This document shows positions 5,711 through 11,619 of a stretch of 24,353 nt of DNA, one piece after another. The notes beneath the pieces were generated by a model, which worked only from the letters and a program-made list of their open reading frames with translations, did no database searches and was not told the DNA's origin. The translations under genes and the position numbers were made by a program. The stretch covers positions 1-24,353 of the IMG/VR virus record IMGVR_UViG_3300020370_000030, one strand, 5' to 3'. Every line of letters starts with the position of its first letter. Positions within the stretch are counted from its first letter, which is position 1. The DNA is from a virus. Lineage: Duplodnaviria > Caudoviricetes.

Positions 5711-6232
5711 ATGACCGCAACCCCACTTTCTTTCGTTGAATACTTTAACCAGCAGGAGGATAAGTACATTCGCTCCGAATGGATCAAGCACGTTAACGAC
5801 CTTTTAAATTTTGTATTTGAAGAGGGTGAGGATTTATTCCTTAATCTTAAGGGCATCCGCATAACAGCAGACGCACTATTAGAGGGCGACCTTGAATGGG
5901 ATCAAATCTCTGAATTCGTTTCAGATCACGGCATTGCCGAACTGCCTTACATCCTTGAATACTTTGAGGCAGTAGAGAACACTACCAAAGAAGTTGTAGA
6001 GGATTTCTTAGAGGAGCAGTGCGGAGACTGTGCCTACTGTGAGCATGTAGAGGATGCCTACCACGGATGTTGGGAATCAGGAGCAGACTACGCTCAAGAG
6101 TTGGTTGAGGACTGCTACTTTGAGAATAAAAACCCTTGGTGGGTAGAAACTGATTGGAACGCCACATGGGAGAACCTTTCACAAGATTACTGGATCTCTG
6201 AGAACGGACACGTTTTCGCAACCAACTTTTAG
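5711..6232 (+). CDS. ardA: ArdA-like antirestriction (DNA-mimic) protein, 173 aa
   Basis: Very acidic; C-terminal EDAYHGCWESGADYAQELVED...PWWVETDWNATWENLSQDYWISENGHVF matches the recalled ArdA C-terminal pattern; start moved from 5636 to ATG 5711, downstream of the -10 box. Confidence 0.72.
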   Translation: MTATPLSFVEYFNQQEDKYIRSEWIKHVNDLLNFVFEEGEDLFLNLKGIRITADALLEGDLEWDQISEFVSDHGIAELPYILEYFEAVENTTKEVVEDFLEEQCGDCAYCEHVEDAYHGCWESGADYAQELVEDCYFENKNPWWVETDWNATWENLSQDYWISENGHVFATNF

Positions 6233-6247
6233 ATTAATTTAAGATTT

Positions 6248-6280
6248 GACCCCTTCACAGGGGTCTTTTTATGGTATTAT
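6248..6280 (+). terminator. intrinsic terminator fused to an extended -10 promoter
   Basis: GACCCC-ttcaca-GGGGTC-TTTTT 6248-6270; TGg-TATTAT (6275-6280). Confidence 0.75.
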
Positions 6281-6286
6281 AAAGGT

Positions 6287-6445
6287 ATGGAAAAAACAAT
6301 TACTTTCACATCCGAAGAACTCCGTCTCATCTCTGACCTCTTCGGAACCGTCTCAAGTTTAGGACTCTGGGATGACTACGAAGAGAACGAACAGGATTCC
6401 TGCCCCGACCTCTTCGACAAAACGTGGGATAAAGTCAGTTCATAA
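6287..6445 (+). CDS. acidic peptide (52 aa, MEKTITFTSE...WDKVSS), probably leaderless
   Basis: Hand translation; ATG 6 nt after -10; stop inside next palindrome. Confidence 0.75.
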   Translation: MEKTITFTSEELRLISDLFGTVSSLGLWDDYEENEQDSCPDLFDKTWDKVSS

Positions 6446-6490
6446 ACTGGCACATCCCACCCCCTTTTTTCTCCCATTCCTCCCTATAAT
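6431..6490 (+). promoter_or_regulatory. early-type promoter: palindrome plus -10
   Basis: AAAGTCAGTT-CATA-AACTGGCACA 6431-6454, 30-nt pyrimidine-rich spacer, TATAAT 6485-6490. Confidence 0.8.
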
Positions 6491-6496
6491 AAGAGT

Positions 6497-6673
6497 ATGA
6501 AAAACAAAATGATCCGTGGCAACGGTTACTACTGCTCCCCTAACATGGTACAATTCTGTAAGGACATGGTAGCAAAGGAACTCAGAGAGGCGTACGAAGC
6601 AGATCAGGTTCGTGCTGGTCTCCGTCCTGCCCCTCCTACCCCTTCGTATTATAACGTATCCGACAGGCATTAG
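6497..6673 (+). CDS. hypothetical protein (58 aa, MKNKMIRGNG...NVSDRH), probably leaderless
   Basis: Hand translation; ATG 6 nt after TATAAT (alternative ATG at 6509). Confidence 0.72.
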   Translation: MKNKMIRGNGYYCSPNMVQFCKDMVAKELREAYEADQVRAGLRPAPPTPSYYNVSDRH

Positions 6674-6687
6674 TGCCTGTCTTTTTT
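6662..6687 (+). terminator. intrinsic terminator with the stop codon in its loop
   Basis: GACAGGCA-ttag-TGCCTGTC-TTTTTT. Confidence 0.85.
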
Positions 6688-6715
6688 CGTGTCCTTTTCC
6701 CTAAAACCCCAAAAA

Positions 6716-6892
6716 ATGCAAAAAAGAACAGTTTCTCTGAACGGCAAAATCTACAAAGTGACAAAACTGCCGATTGCTCACGGTAAGGCAGCGAACAAAT
6801 GGGCAACCCGAACAGGTGGGCGTTATGGCGTGGCAGTCCCACCCCTGAAATATGTACCCACGGGAGAGCGTGGGGTGATCAGCAGGTCTTAG
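6716..6892 (+). CDS. small basic protein (58 aa, MQKRTVSLNGKIYKVTKLP...)
   Basis: ORF track 6689..6892; ATG 6716 preferred. Confidence 0.65.
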   Translation: MQKRTVSLNGKIYKVTKLPIAHGKAANKWATRTGGRYGVAVPPLKYVPTGERGVISRS

Positions 6893-7044
6893 TCGTTCGT
6901 GTATTGGCAGGGGTTCGGGCGGTTCGCCCCCCCGTTTAAAAAGCACTAACTACCCTAACCTACAAAGTGTTACGGAAGCGAGAACAATATTACAATGAAA
7001 CTCAAATTTTTTTTCCCTGTTAAAAAACGCCCACAGTCCACGAC

Positions 7045-7073
7045 TTGCTAATAATTCAAAAGTGATATATAAT
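7045..7073 (+). promoter_or_regulatory. sigma70-type promoter
   Basis: TTGCTA 7045-7050, N17, TATAAT 7068-7073. Confidence 0.7.
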
Positions 7074-7093
7074 GAAAAAATCAAATCCTTGTG

Positions 7094-7267
7094 ATGCAAA
7101 AAAATATCCCAGATCAAAAACGCCCCATAGAAGTTGATACAGTAACAGGAGAATACTACTTAAGAATACCAGAATGGGTTGTTAATGACCAAGGATGGTA
7201 CGAAGATACAGAAGTAACTTTTAAAACAGATGGCGATGAACTTATCATTACAGAATCAGAAGACTAG
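7094..7267 (+). CDS. AbrB/MazE/SpoVT-fold small protein (57 aa)
   Basis: Hand translation MQKNIPDQKRPIEVDTVTGEYYLRIPEWVVNDQGWYEDTEVTFKTDGDELIITESED; G-x4-IP...GW...EV.F..DGDELII is the swapped-hairpin pattern. Confidence 0.7.
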   Translation: MQKNIPDQKRPIEVDTVTGEYYLRIPEWVVNDQGWYEDTEVTFKTDGDELIITESED

Positions 7268-7430
7268 TACATTTCACATCTATCTAAGAGGAGAGTGTCT
7301 CTTCAAGGATCTTGATGATTATGAGTTTAAATTAATATGGGGAAGAATATATCAATCATACTTTAAGGATGAACTAACATACGAAGAAATAGAATACGAT
7401 ACAGATATAACAGAAGATGCAAGTTACTGA
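7236..7430 (+). CDS. cyanophage hypothetical protein (about 64 aa)
   Basis: ORF track 7230..7430; start uncertain. Confidence 0.7.
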   Translation: MNLSLQNQKTSTFHIYLRGECLFKDLDDYEFKLIWGRIYQSYFKDELTYEEIEYDTDITEDASY

Positions 7431-7452
7431 TATCACTACCTTATAATTTAAG

Positions 7453-7481
7453 TTGACTTAACATACATATACTGATATAAT
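7453..7481 (+). promoter_or_regulatory. sigma70 promoter with extended -10
   Basis: TTGACT 7453-7458, N17, TGa-TATAAT (7476-7481). Confidence 0.85.
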
Positions 7482-7504
7482 ATTAGTATAACATTACGTA
7501 GGTT

Positions 7505-8260
7505 ATGGCAAAAGGATTTACAGTTAAAGCGAAATCCCCTGTGGTAAAAAAAGAAGCAGAGTGGGATTACGATAAAGCAAAAGAACTCATAAAAGGAAAG
7601 ACAGTAGTATTCTGTCTACCAGGTCGTGGAGTTTCATATCAGTTCTTAAAAAGTTTTGTACAGTTATGCTTTGATCTTGTCCAAGCACAGGCTTCGATAC
7701 AGATCTCCCAAGATTATTCGTCAATGGTTAATTTCGCAAGGTGTAAGTGCTTAGGTGCTAATGTCTTAAGAGGACCTGATCAAATGCCTTGGGATGGAAA
7801 ATTAAACTATGATTATCAACTATGGATTGATAGTGATATAGTATTCAATACAGAGAAATTCTGGCAAATACTTCTTATGGATCAAGATATTGCTGGTGGT
7901 TGGTACTGTACAGAAGATGGTAAAACTACATCAGTTGCTCATTGGTTAGAGGAGGATGACTTCCGTACTAATGGAGGTGTGATGAATCATGAAACTATTG
8001 AGAGTATCTCAAAGAGAAAGAAACCATTTACAGTAGACTATACTGGTTTTGGATGGTTACTTATTAAGAATGGTGTTTTTGAACATAAAGAAATGCCTTA
8101 TCCTTGGTTCGCTCCTAAGATGCAGGTCTTTGAATCGGGCGAAGTCCAAGACATGTGTGGCGAAGATGTCTCATTCTGCCTAGATGCAAAGGAGGCAGGT
8201 TTCGAGATCTGGTGTGATCCAAGAGTTCGAGTCGGTCATGAGAAGACAAGAGTAATCTAA
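7505..8260 (+). CDS. GT-A fold (family 2-like) glycosyltransferase of cyanomyoviruses
   Basis: VNFARCK, LWIDSD (DxD), TGFGWLLIK, GEDVSFC and RVGH motifs. Confidence 0.85.
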   Translation: MAKGFTVKAKSPVVKKEAEWDYDKAKELIKGKTVVFCLPGRGVSYQFLKSFVQLCFDLVQAQASIQISQDYSSMVNFARCKCLGANVLRGPDQMPWDGKLNYDYQLWIDSDIVFNTEKFWQILLMDQDIAGGWYCTEDGKTTSVAHWLEEDDFRTNGGVMNHETIESISKRKKPFTVDYTGFGWLLIKNGVFEHKEMPYPWFAPKMQVFESGEVQDMCGEDVSFCLDAKEAGFEIWCDPRVRVGHEKTRVI

Positions 8261-8415
8261 TGACTCGTTATAATATTCTAATTGACGGCAAGGTTGCATA
8301 TAAGGATCTCTCTCAAGATGAGTATTTTACGACAATGGAGGATTTGGCACAAGACTTTTATATAAGTGGAGTGCCTAACCCCTCTGATATTAAAACTGAA
8401 TTTATTGAAGACTAA
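8260..8415 (+). CDS. small hypothetical protein (51 aa, MTRYNILIDG...TEFIED)
   Basis: Hand translation; TAATG overlaps at both ends. Confidence 0.8.
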   Translation: MTRYNILIDGKVAYKDLSQDEYFTTMEDLAQDFYISGVPNPSDIKTEFIED

Positions 8416-8567
8416 TGGCAAAAGTAAAAGGTGGTGGTGGTCTCTTAGGAGGCGATTATATACAAGCAACCCCGAAAAAGACTCGTCAAGGAACGGGCAA
8501 ACATACAAAATATGCGGCATCATCCCGTAACTCGGCTCGTAAAAGATATAGAGGTCAAGGGAGATGA
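8415..8567 (+). CDS. small highly basic protein (50 aa, ...PKKTRQGTGKHTKYAASSRNSARKRYRGQGR)
   Basis: Hand translation; coupled at both ends; KRYRGQG end recalled from T4-like phage proteins near baseplate genes. Confidence 0.8.
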   Translation: MAKVKGGGGLLGGDYIQATPKKTRQGTGKHTKYAASSRNSARKRYRGQGR

Positions 8568-9190
8568 GTCAATCTCCCGAAATCACGGGCTATAGAAATC
8601 ACGACAACTTTATTTCCGAATATCAGAGTAATCTTGATGGAAGTAAATTTGTCGATTTTTATGAGCGTATGGCAGCCGCTGGTGCTGGTCTAATCACTCC
8701 ACGTAGTACAGGTGCAGTAAAGAATGAACAACTCTTTATAACACAGTTATTACAGCATGAAGAGCAAAGTGTTTATAATACCACTCTACCAATCGCAAAG
8801 GATTGGAATCATATTGTAATGAGTGTGCTTCACCATTACATGGAAACATATGAAATACTTAAAAATACTCCATTTGAATACAAATATTGTAAGTTACAGA
8901 AGACTCGTCCCTCTGAAGGGTATCATACATGGCATCATGATGCTTGTGCTCCAGATACTTATCGTAAATTAGTTGTTATTGTCTACTTAAATGATGGGTT
9001 TGATGGTGGAGAAACTGAATTTCTCTATCAAAGGTGTAGAATAGAGCCAAAAATGGGTAAAATCATCGTTTTCCCTGCAGGATGGACACATACACACCGT
9101 GGAAATCCTCCTTTAAACGGAGATAAGTACATAATGAATGGTTGGATTGAGGAATTTCCGCAAAATTCTTACCAACATGGTCTAAATTAA
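8564..9190 (+). CDS. 2OG-Fe(II) oxygenase (prolyl-4-hydroxylase-like)
   Basis: GYHTWHHD (HxD), YLNDGFDGGETEF, FPAGWTHTHRG, KYI. Confidence 0.92.
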   Translation: MSQSPEITGYRNHDNFISEYQSNLDGSKFVDFYERMAAAGAGLITPRSTGAVKNEQLFITQLLQHEEQSVYNTTLPIAKDWNHIVMSVLHHYMETYEILKNTPFEYKYCKLQKTRPSEGYHTWHHDACAPDTYRKLVVIVYLNDGFDGGETEFLYQRCRIEPKMGKIIVFPAGWTHTHRGNPPLNGDKYIMNGWIEEFPQNSYQHGLN

Positions 9191-9199
9191 GAAATCTGG

Positions 9200-9207
9200 T
9201 ATAAATA
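9200..9207 (+). promoter_or_regulatory. T4-type late promoter
   Basis: TATAAATA 31 nt upstream of gp25. Confidence 0.85.
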
Positions 9208-9238
9208 AAAAGAGAAAATAATATAAATTGCTTCATCA

Positions 9239-9640
9239 ATGCCGATTAAGCGAAAATCAAGGGCATTTAAAGACATAAGTTTGTCATTTATACCCCATCC
9301 AGTTACTAATGATATGCCTGTTTTGCTCAATGAAAGAGCAATCACAAGGTCGGTTAGGAATATAGTAGAAACTATACCTACTGAGAAGTTTTTTGATCCA
9401 TTATTTGGTTCTAATGTGAGAGGATTATTGTTTGAGAACTATACTCAGACAACTTCTTATATAATTGAGGATCAAATCAAGACTTCAATTAGAAACTATG
9501 AACCTAGAGTAAATAATATTAGAACTATTGTTCAGGGAAAACCTGATTTGAATGCTTTTGAAGTCACTGTTGTTTTTGACATTGTTGGTTTAGAAGTACC
9601 TCGTCAATCTTTTACCTTTTTATTAGAACCTACCAGATAA
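9239..9640 (+). CDS. gp25: baseplate wedge subunit gp25
   Basis: FKDISLSF..HP, AITRSVRNIVET..EKFFDPLFGS..LLFE, NYEPRV. Confidence 0.95.
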   Translation: MPIKRKSRAFKDISLSFIPHPVTNDMPVLLNERAITRSVRNIVETIPTEKFFDPLFGSNVRGLLFENYTQTTSYIIEDQIKTSIRNYEPRVNNIRTIVQGKPDLNAFEVTVVFDIVGLEVPRQSFTFLLEPTR

Positions 9641-9644
9641 GATA

Positions 9645-11618
9645 ATGCCATTCACCCAATTTAGTACGCTAGATTATGATCAAATCAAGATTCAGTTAAA
9701 GGATTTCTTACAATCCAACTCGAATTTTACTGATTTTGACTTTGAAGGGTCTAATTTTTCAGTTTTAATAGATTCTTTAGCATATAATACGTATATTAAC
9801 GCATTTAATGCTAATTTAGTGGTAAATGAGTCGTTTTTAGACTCTGCAACTGTAAGAGAGAACGTAATATCACTTGCTCGTAACATTGGATATGTACCTA
9901 GATCCAAAACTGCAGCGACAGCAATAGTTAATTTTGATGTAAAGATACAAGATACTAACAACGATATAAGGCAACTTAGAATAAGACCTGGTATTGTATG
10001 TGTAGGAAATGCTAATAATACCAATTATAGGTTCTCAATTTCAAATCCAGTTACAGCAAATGTATTAACCAATTCTTCTAATGAAAGAATAGCATCTTTT
10101 ACTGATATTGAAGTAAAGCAAGGAACTGCAGTTGAAACAAGTTTTTTAGTTAATAACAGTCAAGACCAAAGATTTATCTTAGACAACTCTCAAATTGATA
10201 CATCAACTATAGTAGTTAAGGTTAAAGGACCTAATGAAACTGGTGAAGGTAGAGAATATAGAAAAATTGATAATATTCTTAACTTGAATAAGAACTCTGA
10301 AATCTTCTTAATTCAAGAGGTTCAGGATGAAAAGGTAGAAATTCTCTTTGGTGATGGTTTCTTTGGTAAAAAACTTGAAGATAATTCTCAAATTCTAATT
10401 AGATATATCATAACTGATGGTGCTGAAGGTAATGGAGCAGGTGGAAGAGCAGGATCTACTGGTGTATTCGACTTTCAAGGAACATGTGATTATCTTTTAA
10501 CTAATAATATAGACTCTGTACCTGTAATTCCAGTCGATACTGTAACAGTAACTACCGTTAATCGTGCCTCAAATGGGTCTGAGAACGAAGATATAGCATC
10601 AATCAAGTATTTGGCTCCTAGACTATATTCGGCACAATATAGGGCGGTTACACCAAGGGATTATGAAGCGATAATACAATCAATTTATCCTGCAACAGAG
10701 TCTGTTGCGGTTGTTGGTGGTGAAGAATTAGATCCACCACAGTTTGGTAAGGTAAAGATTAGTATTAAACCAAAAAATGGAACATTTGTTTCTGATTTTG
10801 ATAAGCATCAAATTAAAAACAAATTAAAGAGTTATGCTATTGCTGGTATTAATTCTGAGATTGTTGACCTTAAAATACTATATGTGGAGATTGATTCAAC
10901 TGTTTATTATAACACTTCTCAGTTCTCAAGTGGGAATTTATTAAAAAGTAATATTTCTACTGCTCTTGAGAAGTATGGTAATAACGTAGAAATTAATAAA
11001 TTTGGTGGTAGATTTAAATTTAGTAAAATTAATCAACTTATTGATAGAGTTAACAATGCCATTACCTCTAATATCACAAAAGTGAAAATTAGAAGGGATA
11101 TGAAAGTCTTGATAAACCAATTTGCACAATATGAATTGTGTTTTGGTAATCGTTTTTATATAAATCAAGCAGGGTTTAATATAAAAAGTACTGGATTTAA
11201 TATTTCTGGGTATCCAAATACTGTTTATTTTACTGATATTCCAAATAAAACCTCTACAGGTGATTTAGATGGTAGTAAAAAGGGTGTTTTATGTATCGTA
11301 TCCAAAGATAACAAGAATGAAATGAAAATTGTTAAAAAGGATGTTGGTACTGTTGACTATAACAAAGGAGAAATTCTTGTTAATACTGTTAACATCACAT
11401 CTACAGTCGCTTCTAACGATTTAATTGAAATACAAGCATTTCCAGATTCAAATGACATCATTGGATTGAAGGATTTATACCTAAGTTTTGATGTTTCAAA
11501 TAGTACGATAAATATGGTTAAGGATGTAATTGCTTCTGGTGAAGACGTTTCAGGCGTTGTATTCTCTAGAGACTATTACACATCAAGTTACTCTAACGGA
11601 TCAATAGAAAGAAAGTAG
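9645..11618 (+). CDS. gp6: baseplate wedge subunit gp6
   Basis: DFDFEGSNFSVLIDSLAYNT, ESFLDSATVRENV.SLARNIGYVPRS, FGDG, AQYRAVTPRDY. Confidence 0.95.
   Translation: MPFTQFSTLDYDQIKIQLKDFLQSNSNFTDFDFEGSNFSVLIDSLAYNTYINAFNANLVVNESFLDSATVRENVISLARNIGYVPRSKTAATAIVNFDVKIQDTNNDIRQLRIRPGIVCVGNANNTNYRFSISNPVTANVLTNSSNERIASFTDIEVKQGTAVETSFLVNNSQDQRFILDNSQIDTSTIVVKVKGPNETGEGREYRKIDNILNLNKNSEIFLIQEVQDEKVEILFGDGFFGKKLEDNSQILIRYIITDGAEGNGAGGRAGSTGVFDFQGTCDYLLTNNIDSVPVIPVDTVTVTTVNRASNGSENEDIASIKYLAPRLYSAQYRAVTPRDYEAIIQSIYPATESVAVVGGEELDPPQFGKVKISIKPKNGTFVSDFDKHQIKNKLKSYAIAGINSEIVDLKILYVEIDSTVYYNTSQFSSGNLLKSNISTALEKYGNNVEINKFGGRFKFSKINQLIDRVNNAITSNITKVKIRRDMKVLINQFAQYELCFGNRFYINQAGFNIKSTGFNISGYPNTVYFTDIPNKTSTGDLDGSKKGVLCIVSKDNKNEMKIVKKDVGTVDYNKGEILVNTVNITSTVASNDLIEIQAFPDSNDIIGLKDLYLSFDVSNSTINMVKDVIASGEDVSGVVFSRDYYTSSYSNGSIERK
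11508..11514 (+). promoter_or_regulatory. possible internal late promoter for the gp7-like gene
   Basis: ATAAATA about 105 nt upstream of ATG 11620, within the gp6 3' end. Confidence 0.4.
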
Positions 11619-11619
11619 A

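Noticed and set aside
4399-6490. Integron attC cassette array
   Set aside because: No RYYYAAC/GTTRRRY-bounded long imperfect hairpins and no integrase in the window; the fixed spacing to -10 boxes fits promoter elements better
1046-8523. Other minus-strand ORFs in the track (1046, 1466, 4407, 4818, 4886, 5321, 5603, 5662, 5982, 6440, 6636, 6701, 8278)
   Set aside because: Shadows of tightly coupled + strand genes, with no supporting RBS or promoter and unnatural composition
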